From assembly GCF_003918875.1 (NCBI RefSeq), contig NW_025765178.1:1-64000 (forward strand): a DNA stretch of 64,000 bases, written 5' to 3'. Below, in pieces: positions 52,081 to 64,000 of this stretch. The notes beneath the pieces were generated by a model. It was not told where the DNA came from. It saw only the letters and a program-made list of their open reading frames with translations, and did no database searches. This DNA comes from Haliotis rubra (Eukaryota). The stretch's first letter is position 1, and every line of letters starts with the position of its first letter. A program made the position numbers and the translations under genes.

Positions 52081-54784
52081 ACAACTTGTTTTACTTCGAT
52101 TCATCAGGAGTTCAATGTTGTTTATTAAGTATTATTAGTTTTGAAACTACTAGTAGTTTGTAGTTATGACGTCACATCCACCATCTTCAGTTTAATGGCT
52201 GACGAAATGCACGGGGTAAGGCGAGTTCTTATCCCGGTACTTCAAAGTGTGTATGCACAGTGTCCTTTAAAAAAAGAATTATGGCTTCTAGACCAATGAA
52301 AATACCATGGACATGTATCTATTTTTTGCGCATAATGAAAATAAAGGGGGAATACGAGTGGAAGTTTTACCCGATTCTGCAGGGTTCAGATTCGAGAGTC
52401 ACTAAAGTATTTTCTCAACCTTTCGCAAAATGTAAACACTGGCTTGTCTGCCATTTCAAACAGTTGCGTAGCAGCTACTTCCAAGAAAATAAGTAGGTCA
52501 GACGATATCCATTATAGTGTTGCCAGAGGGGGTACAGTAAACACGGCACACAAAACAATAGGCTGGTGAAGGTGGGCATATAAAAACCAAGCTCTTAAGT
52601 ATTGCATTATTGCATTGAATAAACTTTAGTTTGTTTTCTTGGGACAGAATATATTTTATATGTTGCAATATTTAAAACAATACGAACGGCGCCTACCACA
52701 CCCTTCACAGAAGAGTTCAATTCTCTAAATTAATCATTGAAACCTCACGCTACCCGTTCGGTTTCAAATGAAATTTAGAGACTATCAATTCAGTGTAACA
52801 TTCATCTAATTTTCAAACACAGTACTTTTATCTCCTAAATGTTAGTGTTATGAAGTTAGGAATACTGACATTGCCAGCTGATACTTGTTAGGGCACAGAT
52901 TGAAATAGGTTAATACAGCTTGCTCAGCTTGACCTGATCAAGTGAATTCTAATACATTGCGTAACCGTGTCACAAGTGGCTAGGTTTATTATTGTGAAGG
53001 GGTGCACTTTTGTCAGTTGATTGTCAACATGTCCGAACAGCCGAGACAAGGTCGCCGTTTGACATCTCAGTGTCGAGAAATCGTCATGTTTTCGATTAGG
53101 GCTTTTAGGCAGCGAACAGCAGCAACTTGCGAGAGTGAATCAGATTGTGAAAGTAACTGACGTCTGTACGTTGTATAGTTAGTAAACCAAACTACATAAC
53201 ATATGACTGTATTAACAATTCAATTAAAACATGAAATGATTTTTTTTCAGAAGTGTTGTTTTCCAGAACAAGGTTTGTAACGAATCCACATTCTCCGATC
53301 TCCTATTTAATGAAGTTAACTCGAGCTGCCGTTTGTGCCGTTTGACCTACCGGGTCATGCATATGTAGAATAGCTCAGTTCAAGCTCAACAAACTTCAAC
53401 CTTGCATACCACGAGTGAGTTTCCGGCATATGTCATAGGTTGCATATAGCTGTTAGGTTCATCGTGTGTCGCTTAGTTTAGGTAGTGAACCACATGGCTA
53501 TGAATCTTATCCCGTCCTCATTATGAATCAGTGAGTATGTCTACGCCGTGTTTTAGCAATGTACAAAGTACACTTCGTACGTTTTACCCGTGTGGGTAAT
53601 TGTACACGTGCCTGTGGCGTGGAGCCCGCACGCTTCCTCCAGTCTCAAGCTTCCTAAACATTTGTAATCATCATTCTCTCTTAATTTGTTGTATTGTTTT
53701 AACACGGCAGTTAAGACTATTCAAGCTATATAATGTCGGCCTGAAAATGACCGACTCCCAGCTAAACATTCCATACCATTTTCGATGACGGCAAAAACTG
53801 TAATACACAAGAATTTCTTTCTGTGGTTGTGGCAGAGTCAACTTAGTGTTGTATATAGTTTATTAATATAAATACATATGTATATAGTTTTGTGAATAAA
53901 CATGTTAACCTTTAAAGTTGTTGGTCATATTTTGATGAGATATACAATCTCATTCAATAAACCATTTTATCAATTATTTTATACTCAACTCTCAACATTA
54001 GCCCTCTAAACATCAATCTAATCTTAAGACTAATCTATTTCAGCACTACTAATTTACACTGCATACATTTCTCACTGCAATCCCTCCCTAAGCTTGGCCC
54101 TTGCTTAGGCCAGTGTGCAGGTTCAATTGTTGTCTAATCACCCAAGCATATAATATATTAAGGTATTTAAAGGTTAATTTCATCATGTCTCTTAGTCCGT
54201 CTCTTATGTGATTATCATGGCGCATGTTGTGGTTTGTCCTTACTCTATGGGATCGAGATCATGGTGATCTGGACTGTTTTTCCATGTATATAAGGTTAGT
54301 AATCTCTAGTCTTGTGTATATATTTATTGTGCTTTTGTTTGTGCATTTGATAGTTGATGGTTATATTGGCTATAGTTTAAATTATGTTTAATCTCGGCAC
54401 CAACTTTCTAAGTATTTTATTTGATGGTAACTCACAGTATAGTGAGTTATGTTATTGCTTTTATTGTAGATTATAACCCGCATTAGAGTGAGTTATCATA
54501 CTGTTTTTGTAGTGTAAGTTTAGCTCACAGTATAGTGAGTTATGTTAATGTTAAGGTTACATTTTGACTAACAGTACAGTGAGTTGTTTGAGTGCTATAT
54601 TATATAATTATGTACATCATAATATTACATATATTCATATTTCATCTGTGTATAACATTTAGCAATAACCTTACTTTCCATATTCCTATTATATTAAAGC
54701 ATTATTACTATAACATTATTATCCCTACTTTAAATGAATGCGTTTGTGGATGTATGTGTGTATATGTGGTTAGATGTTGTTCTA

Positions 54785-55306
54785 TGTAGCTTTTACCGTA
54801 GTAACTCTTTTAATCATTTGTTGTAAATGTCATCTGCATACGGTATTAATCCATCCAGCAGATGGCGAAGACATGACGTAGATGTGTCGCCTATGTATGC
54901 AGTAGCTCAGGTGATACCGACCTCGTATGTTATCATTGTTGTTTCAAATACTAGTATATTTATCAGTATATATTATGTAATATATGTCACATGTGTATTG
55001 TTTACAGTATCAATGCCATGTAGTATAATTAATACATGTGTATCATTAAGTATTGTGCATAACCATGGTATATATATACGTGTGTATGTAAAACTAAGTA
55101 GTTAATTAAGTTATTATGTAGTAATGCTAAGTAAATCTATATGTTGCAGATCCATTGGATAAACTTATATTGTCATTTTACCATGTTTCAGGCTAAACGG
55201 TTTGGTTATTAGATTCATTGTAATAAACGTCCATCCGCCGCACACCACAGTGGCTTTGTGGTTCTTGTCAGAACACTCACTACATCCTAAGGCTACTACA
55301 TGGTGT
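54785..55306 (+). mobile_element. Possible LTR remnant
   Basis: AATAAA at ~55222, an end ..TACTACA at 55300 followed by PBS-like TGGTGT; candidate TGTAG starts at 54785 or 55117. No gag/pol seen. Confidence 0.3.
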
Positions 55307-55416
55307 TTGGTCAAATTCTAATTTTGAGTGTCAATTTCCTTTTGCAGTGCAATATATATTTCAAAAGAACGGCGAATCACCATCAACGTATCGTATATTA
55401 AATATGTAAGTAAATA

Positions 55417-55740
55417 TAAACACAGAACTTAGTTAAGCACCCCCTGACATATCTCACGATTAAATGAGCTTCGATCTTAACCATTTGGAGCATATCTGGG
55501 ACATGATTGGTCGTCGTGTACAAAACCTGGTCCATTTGGAAGCTTCCTTACACGAGGCATGGAGCAGACTGACCTTTAACAGAATAAGGAGGCTGACATG
55601 AGGAGGGGAGTCCTGGCTGTCATACAGTCACATGGAGGTTGAACTCGGTATTGACCTTAAATCGTGTAAAACACGCAAAATGACCTTGAAAACCTATCAT
55701 TGCAAAAATACAGGTGGTGCTTAATTAAGTCATCTGTGTA
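55417..55740 (+). mobile_element. Internally deleted Tc1 element (same family as 36385-36904)
   Basis: TIRs CACAGAACTTAGTTAAGCACC / GGTGCTTAATTAAGTCATCTGTGTA; encodes DLNHLEHIWDMIGRRVQ. Confidence 0.8.
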
Positions 55741-56439
55741 TACATTGTCATCATTTACTTTCAATGTTCCATATTTCTATAGTGCATCATTGTTCTAGGT
55801 TTGGGTGGTGCACGCCATCCATCCACCCTGTCGATATACAGATGTATAAAGTGTACATTGAATGGAAGAGCCTCAAGTCTCTTCTAACATTCCCTGGTCA
55901 GGGCATTGGTCAGTCATAAAGTGCCATTACCTGTTCAAATTTAATCTGTCCAGCAATTGTACGTTCTAAACACTCGAAATAACAAGTACTTTGAAAAAAG
56001 CTAAATAGTTTAATATGTTCAAAAAGATTAAGAAAAAAGTAGCCTTATACCTATGAACAGACGTAAGCCTTAAATAGTCTCAAAAATAAAAATATATGTT
56101 CTAGTGTATCATATATTTTCCATTTGGTCATCAAAGATCCTTCACCTCGCTGCACTGCCGTACGTGCTATGTTATCCTGAAGGCATTGGTTCAATAATCC
56201 TAACACGTCAACGGACTGAAAGAAAACCTAAATACACAGACTCATATTGCTCGATTTGCTTTAGTGAAAAGAGGTCCAAGTTAACGTAAGAACCCTAGCT
56301 GTCCAAAATTAAACCACACACTCGGCTACATCATAAAAAAGAAGAGTAAACATGTTCTGAAGAGTAAACAAGCGAAATACACAACACTGTGTTTCCATAT
56401 TCCATCTGGTCTGGTAATTCAAAGCACATTAAAGAAAAG

Positions 56440-57330
56440 TGTATTCCAAATTAATCCAAAAGATTTTGGAAAGATGTTTTCAGGGTATGGGAAGTCATTC
56501 TTGCAAATTATGAATCAAGTATAGTGTCAGAAACAAAATCAAAAGTCAAACTGGAATAACTCTAACATAACTATTGATGACAAACCGATGGTTTATGAAA
56601 ACTGGTAAAAGAAAGGTGTAGTTTTTGACAACGATATTATACATGAAGATGTGAGGTTATTAACATTCGAAGAATAAAAAACTTATTTTCTAACTCTTGA
56701 AGGAATCAAAGCAGTAATAAGGTCATACGCACACAAACAAAAACACAAACAAAGCCTTTGTAATAGCAGCTGTAAATTCCCATCTTTCTCATTTATTAAC
56801 AATCAATAAATATTTCTCCGGGAAATAAAGATTTATATAATACTCTTTTGAATTCATTCTTCACCAGGCTACCATGCTATTCAAAATGGGAACGTATTTT
56901 AGACAGATGTTTCACTGACAAAGGATTGATGGTTTATAATACTATTCTTAGCAAATGTATTAAATGTACTGAACTAAGGTGGTTACAATATAGGATTATA
57001 ACCAACATTTTACCAACAAAATCTTTCTTTATAAAGTAAAATACGAAGAATCACCACTTTGTTATTTTATTGGTCACCTCTTTTTGAAATGTGAGGATGT
57101 AAAGAAACTATGGGATGAAGTAACAAAATGGCCTCATACTGTTCATATTTTTCGTTTGAAAATATTTTGTTCGGAATTAACGATGAAAATAATAATAACA
57201 TATATGTAATCCTCCTCCTAGTCAAACAATATATATTCAAATGTCCTATTGGAAACTATGCTACTCATATCAACTTTGTTGAAAAAAGAAGTTATTAAGC
57301 ATTATGATGTTAACAGATGTCTTCATTATC
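56440..57330 (+). mobile_element. Tx1/L1-clade LINE ORF2 3' fragment (zf-RVT region), degenerate
   Basis: FWKDVFRVW, WNNSNITID, KKGVVF.NDII, ELRWLQYRIITNILPT, HLFLKCEDVKKLW. Confidence 0.75.
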
Positions 57331-57772
57331 AAATGTTACTGAACAAATGCTGTTTTTTGTCTTGTGGTTTTATTTTATTCAGGTCAACGTTACACTTGTT
57401 GTCTGGTGAGATTTATGTTTACTCATAATACTGTTTACGTATTATTTAACTCAACTGATTCATAATGTACTGTTTGCTGTCTGTTTGTGTGGTATTATAA
57501 TGTATGCCTGTAAATGAAAACATCGAAAATATACACTGTTTTTCTAAAATATGTGTCTATACCATACATCGTTGCGAGTACTATGACTTAATGCATTAAA
57601 CTTCCTTGTTGAGTATTCGTTTCAAAAGCAACAGCAAATACTGAATTTCAATGAAGACACGTGAATCATAATTAGATACATTCAGTATGATGAATACCAT
57701 TTCAAACTGTGGAATATTACCGTATCTCAAGCCGCTACAAAATGTTAAAAACAAAAATATATGATATAATAA

Positions 57773-60700
57773 CTAGTCTTGATTGACCTTGAAACTCTGA
57801 GTGCGTTGAATGTTACCTCCACAGACATCGATAGCACTTATCATAACATAAATATATTCAGCTTGTCTCGAGTTCAGCTGAATGACAATTTCTTCCTTCT
57901 TTGTCAACATTCTGTCCACAATATCAGCTCCTCCAAGCAATGTTCCTATGTGAACTTCATAGTCGAGGTCATTCCAAGCAGACATAAACATGTTCCTCCA
58001 CGACACCGTCAGCTCTCCGTTGCTTTGTCTCAACGATATGTGTCCCGAATCTGTAACAGCATATCGATAACGGGCAATATAGAAGCAAAGTTCATCCGAC
58101 CTATAAGAATGTTTTCATTCGGAACAATGTGAGGACTCAGGGAAGTCGTCCCTGATTTTACAATCAAACCAATTAAATTCGATTTTTGATCAAATGTATT
58201 TCAGGACATTAGATATTCCTGTGCAATGTCCTGATATCATTTAATCATTGCCACTTTTTTGTTTTATAAAGATTCTCAGTATCAAGTAATCCATATGCAG
58301 TTCCCTAGGTAATCAAAATAATGCCACCTTCAAAAGAGTACATTGTGCTAAAAGACTATAATGGGCGCATATCCATAAAATAATACTAACATCCCCAAAG
58401 GTAAGTATATCTTACTTGACCTTATTACGTATAGGATAACAAGCTGATCATAAATAAATTGTGCAAAATTTTATGTCCGAACAATAACACAACGTTGATT
58501 GTGTAACATTAGTACTTACCAGATACATCAGGTGATTCATTGGGAACTGTAAAGTAGGAAGTAGTTTTCTCTCCAGTCGTACCAAAGATGTCTACAGGAA
58601 CTACACAGACGTTGTATGACGAGCCAGTCTCCAAGTTCACATCGGACAATGTCGCATATGTATACTGCAAGTGGTTTGGAATATCACTCCGGTAGGGACG
58701 TCTGTCACCTACGATTTCAACCTACAAAACAAAAACAAGTATATACAGACATATGCCACCAAATGTTCTGTTGATACACCTACACGGACTGGAATGTTCT
58801 CAATATGCATCGTAAAATTTCGCTACCAGGTCACGCTGAACAATTTGTGCCAAGATTAGTGTAGATCTTACACATGTCTACAGACTGTGAGTACAGAGAC
58901 CTACCACTGTGGACCTCAGCTGTCGGTCGGCCTGGCTCCAGTGGAGCCTGACTGTGTTCTGGTCCTGATGACACATCCCTCTGTCAGAGTAGATGGATTC
59001 AGTCTGGGTCCCACTCAAGACACTTAATTCTTCTAGTGATATCTTGCTCTTTTCTCTGACAATTTCAACCCCGTCCGTCGTCGCAGCCACCACTAAGCCT
59101 GCCTTGTTGAAACATCGTACTGTTGTGTAAACTGTTATTGACGAGGTGTTGAATGCATCACTAATGTCCATCATAGTTGTCGACTGTCCTGAGGCAACTG
59201 CGCGGAACGTCATGATGTCGTCGCTTCGTCTGCGTCTTCCTGTTTGAGGAACAAAAGAACATCAAGATGAAACGTGTATATCACAGGTTGCTACCGTACA
59301 TCACTCATAATATCGGCAAGTGCATTTACGTACCAATAGCCCAGTCACAGTGATCGACACCAGACTCTCCATCCGTCACTTTCCAGTTGACGCTAACCAC
59401 ACTTGATGTTTGATGATCTTCATCTGAGCCTAAACACAAAGAAATGACATATATCAACACTTTAGAAAGCGACAATCTAAACTTAAAAACCTTCCGAAAT
59501 AATGCAAGTAATAGTGTGTATCTATACAAATATATCGCTCGTCGTTATTCAGGTATGCTTAACAATAGCACCTCACCATCCACAACTCTCCAAGGTGCGG
59601 CAATCGCAAGCCTGTTCCGCTTCCATTCTTTGCTTTTGTGCTCATTACGCTACAGTGAACTATTATATTTTCATTTTTTTCTAATTAGCTTATCAGTTCT
59701 ATACTGTGTGTCTGAATCTTATTGAAAATGTTACTTGTTGAAAATGATTAATAACTTTGATCACCACGTCACTCGCTAGCAGGATTACCTACTGCTCTTT
59801 AGATATATCTCTTGTATGTATAGTCATGTATGCCTCCTTACTAAGAGTACATGTGGCTGACACCTTTAAGTAGCTTGTTTCATCCCTTCACTTCAGTCTG
59901 TTTACTGGACACAGTCGATTTAATTAGCTGTTTGTGTGTCTTGCTAATGGTATTAATTAGCTGTCTTTTTACAGTTGCTCAGTTCAGATATTCGTTCACT
60001 GCCTATCAGCTCTCAATGCTCTTCGCTAGTATTGGGTTCAGTCACTTTAGATTGTCTCTCGTTAACTATTTCCAGCAAGTATCAACAAAGAAACTGAATA
60101 TGTACTGTAATATGTTGCCTGTTGTTTATGTTACTATTTCATTTACAACCTGGTCTCATATGTTGATGACATGTTTCGCCCTATGGCTAGTTTTGTGTCG
60201 CTACTTCCCATAAGTATTCTAAGGCACATGAACGAGCATTGCAACCTATGACCTTTCTGTGACCGTCATCAATTGTCTTGGAGTATTGACCTTGCAAATA
60301 CTTCCTGGGCCAAAATGTGATGGTAAGGAAGTGACACAGTTGGGACATCACCGAATGTGTAGTAAAGCGACATTGTTTTCACGTGTTTTGGAGCATTTAC
60401 CTGGCCCATCACTGATATGACTGAATAATGGCGGAGTCAGATCTACAACGATGGGTTGTGCACGGGAAACAGTGGTCAGTCCAGCAGCATTCATGGCCAT
60501 GACAGTGATGTAAAGACTGGAGTTGTGGGTCAGCTTCAGACCTGAAATATCCCCCTGAACTTTCCTGCCTACATCTGTGTACTCCTGGATTTGACTGCCA
60601 CCTGGGACTCTGCCTGTAATAAGGTGAAGTTTGTTGCCACTTTGTATCTATCAGAAGGTGAGGTATGAATCGTCCAGTAGCCATTTCTTTGAATTTAAAT

Positions 60701-63700
60701 ACAATTAATGAATGTATTCTTCATGAATGCATCACAGCGAATTCTGTCACACTACAAACATATTTAGCTTCTTCAACATGACATTGTACACGAATTAGAC
60801 ACATTTGTATTTAGCATTATACTAACCTAGGTCTCTCGTTGACTCATTTTGATGTAAGCGGAGAGACTTACCAATCGCCCATTTGTACTGTGTAATTGGA
60901 GACTGTAGGTCCTCAAAGTGCCAGGAGGCATGTAGAGATGACCAGTGAGACAGGAACATAGAGTGGACCACCAGATGCTCCTCAGTGTCCACACTGTCCG
61001 GACCAGCAACATAGTCCACGGTCTGGACACTTACATGGTCCAGTACAAACTCCATCATCCTTGACGATGACGTTATCTTCAGCACTATACTGGTATCTAC
61101 AGCTGTGAACCTGTATGTGTGTTTGTTCCAGAGGACGACTGAGTGATCTCCAACACTGCAGGTGCCTCTACAGAGGTTAGGGTCAAGGGTAAAGCTGAAG
61201 ACTTCACTTCCTATTGTAACTATTGCATCAACTGATCTGTGGGTGTCCGAAACAGTCTCCGGATATCCAGCATGCAGAGTCAGCTTGTACTGCCTCCCAA
61301 CCTCAAGACCTGAGATCGTTTGTTGGATGCTTCCACTTACGGACACAAACTTATGTCCATCTTTAGCTAAAGGTGAATCCGGCGCCTGAACCTTGATACA
61401 CGACGCTGTGTCAGTTTCCCATGATGTTGGTATGACGAGGTTGCATTGCGTGGTACTACCAGTTAAATTGTCTACCTCAAAAGATGGGTTCATCACCAGA
61501 TTGTTTCCAAGATATGCTACATCCTTAGGTTCAGGGGGTGATGTGTCGATGACAACTCCATCAGATACAGCTACGTCAGAGGCATGGCCAACCGCGTCTA
61601 CAGCATACACTTTGTTCCATATGGTACCTGTAAACATAGTCGGTACATTGGATGTTAGGAAATATATCACTATATCCGGGCTCAAGATTCTAGATGCAAC
61701 ATATCATATACTTACCAGCAGACAACGGAGTTGGAAGCGATATACTGAAGGATGTGTGCAGTCCAGTATCCAACCAGTCCATCACACTGCAATCTGATGT
61801 GTCGTTGATTGTCCCCACACACCAGAAATACTTGACGATCGCGGAGTCTGTGTCAGAGAAGCCGTACCAGGAGGCAGATACTTCAGATGGAGAACTCTGG
61901 TAGTCCTGGTCGTGGATGTCTGCAGAGTTTAAACATACAGTCTTGCAGTGTTCCCACAAGCTAGAAATATGTGGATATATAATGCGTCATTAATGCTGAA
62001 AATACCCACTGTTTTCATTTCTGTATTGAGCATTGTCTTAACAAACAGTTATATTTTCAGTATCGTACCTGCTCCATCCTTCGTTCTGCCTGCCACTGGG
62101 GGTATGACGTCCACCTGTACTCCATCAGAGTAGGCCCAGCTGACCAGACCAGCCTTGTTATAAGCCAGGACACTGCAGTAGTAGACTGTGTTTGGACGTA
62201 AACTCAGACCTGCCCCCGTATAGCTGGTGGAGGTCAGGTCCCCTGATTCGTGGATACTGTGACCTGAGAACATCAAATCGCAGATCCATAGTAGTAAATA
62301 TATTAGGAAAGTGGATACTGATAAAACAGGCACATTACATCCAGTCAGTAAAATAGATTTGGAGATATTGAATGGTGTTTAATAAACTAGTAAGCAATTA
62401 TCCATTTTATCATGTTACTTGTAAAAAATCGATTTAGGTCGAGACATGCCATGGACTTAAACAACCAATTGTGACCGAGCTTATTTATGTTGTACAACCA
62501 AATAGCAAATTGATGTGGACATGATCCGATCCTGGTTCCACGGGGTTAAGGATCGCCTTAGTCAAAGTCAATAGATAATTATGTCAAAGGAAACTATGTT
62601 AAAGTTATCCTAGATATGTGTAAAACTATGAAATCCTGTTTATCTACTAATGGTAACATATGGTCATTCTTTAACTGCAGAAACAGTACTAGGAAGAGAA
62701 CCTACTTGCTTTGTATTTATGTGACCCTGAGCAGTATCTCTTTACTAAATTAGTAAATATAAATTTGAAATGTATCAGTGATCAAATGGAGTATGATTTA
62801 CATAAATGTTTCATTTGAAACACTCTCATTCGATTAGATTACTTCAATGCGCTATGGGGATGGCTTGATGACATCCATGGATCATGCGAGCTCAAATCTC
62901 CCGTACATAATGCGATGAACAAAGATCAGTAAAACTAATACCTCCTGTGTGTGTGCTGATGTAGACCCTGTATCGGTGGATGCTGCTTATACCAGGCAGG
63001 AAATGTCCAGACCACGTGACGACAAGTGTGTTGTTCTGTGTCTGGAAGTCTGTGTCTTTGGAGTCACTGATGTTTAGGACTTCCTTCACCTGTTTTTTTT
63101 ATATTTGTGTCTGTCAGTCATGTATAGATGATACAAATCAAAACAGCAACGACAGGAGTAAATTCTAACATCCGGCGACCCTGATTCATTCGGGTATAAG
63201 GGGAAAGTAGTGCTGACAATTGTATGTATTTAATTAGAAATCCGTGACTATGAAAGTGTTCAAGTTTCTTATGGGAAACAGTGTGTACCACAGAATGCAC
63301 TTACAGTTCTTCCTGACTTTCTTGTTACCGTGGGTGGTGATGTAACGAAAGTGACACCATTTGACTTGAAGATGCTGTAATTTCTGTTATTATACCAAGC
63401 TTTCACGAAGAAGGAGTATTGTATTCCAGGTCTCAGAAAGCTACCTGAAACAAAGAAATAGCATGTATTAAGACAGCCCCATCCCAATCATCACTGAACC
63501 CTTCTCCGGAATGTAATACGAAACATTTTGACTTCTCAAAATAGGTCACGGCTGGCCCTTTCATATATATATATATATATTGTTGAATGTAGCCTCTTTG
63601 TAAATGTTACATGCGTCTTGGCATAAAATATGAAAACTATGTCTTTATGAAAAGCGATGAGGTACTTCAAATACCTCAGAAAGAAAGAAAGTTAAATGGA

Positions 63701-64000
63701 ATTTCTTTTAATGACATCACTGCCTATGTGAAAACATACACGACAGTCTAGGCTACATCACGTATAAAGACATTGACTGAAACGTCTCTGATATATATCT
63801 CTAGGCAACCATTCACAGCGGCAGCAAGATTTAAGGCACGAAATGCATTGATATTATTTTACAACTGGATCATATTAGGAAGAATATAAATGAACAGTTT
63901 CAAATAGATGAAAAAACCCTTTTGATAACAGAGGAGAAACATAATTTACATTGACCTTTGTCCAAGGACAAAATCGCTGATGTTTGTTGACCTGCATCAA
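57773..64000 (-). CDS. Paralogue C: 3' exons of the same giant FN3-like repeat / CBM protein, convergent with B and apparently intact; continues beyond the window
   Basis: Exons in transcript order: (>64000)-63956, 63444-63305, 63089-62942, 62263-62069, 61919-61716, 61627-60872, 60613-60401, 59429-59334, 59239-58905, 58721-58520, 58050-57773 (stop). Lengths and phases match B exons 41086-46672, except +3 nt in the CBM exon. Confidence 0.92.

Noticed and set aside
57773-64000. Copy C as an allelic haplotype or false duplication of B
   Set aside because: Most introns differ in length and sequence, and some exons are only ~73% identical at protein level.

Overview
Eukaryotic, intron-rich, AT-rich animal DNA. 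The SINEs with (ACTC)n tails resemble families I recall from abalone (Haliotis), so a gastropod mollusc is likely (inference, not verified). The window holds three paralogues of one giant multi-exon gene. Copy A (3' part, 1-7695, +) is full of indels. Copy B (at least ~18.3 kb to 46672, +) has 37 exons from 26894 onward that splice by hand into one open frame of 2416 codons plus stop, and the whole protein is probably >3000 aa. Copy C (57773 to beyond 64000, -) converges tail-to-tail on B. The protein is a chain of ~20 FN3/Ig-like beta-sandwich modules linked by an 'SDG(V/I)x(V/I)DxxPP' motif. It also has a CBM/galactose-binding-like jelly-roll insert, a small Cys-rich module, probable N-terminal EGF-like repeats and no C-terminal transmembrane segment. 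Identity between paralogues is mosaic, suggesting gene conversion. The remainder is mobile DNA (Tc1/mariner, Merlin, Kolobok- and Harbinger-like MITEs, LINE fragments, tRNA- and 5S-derived SINEs), a 35-bp minisatellite, and a 26-bp satellite whose unit contains a splice-donor motif. The first ~26 kb appears to be poorly polished sequence, so frameshifts there are not reliable evidence of pseudogenisation.
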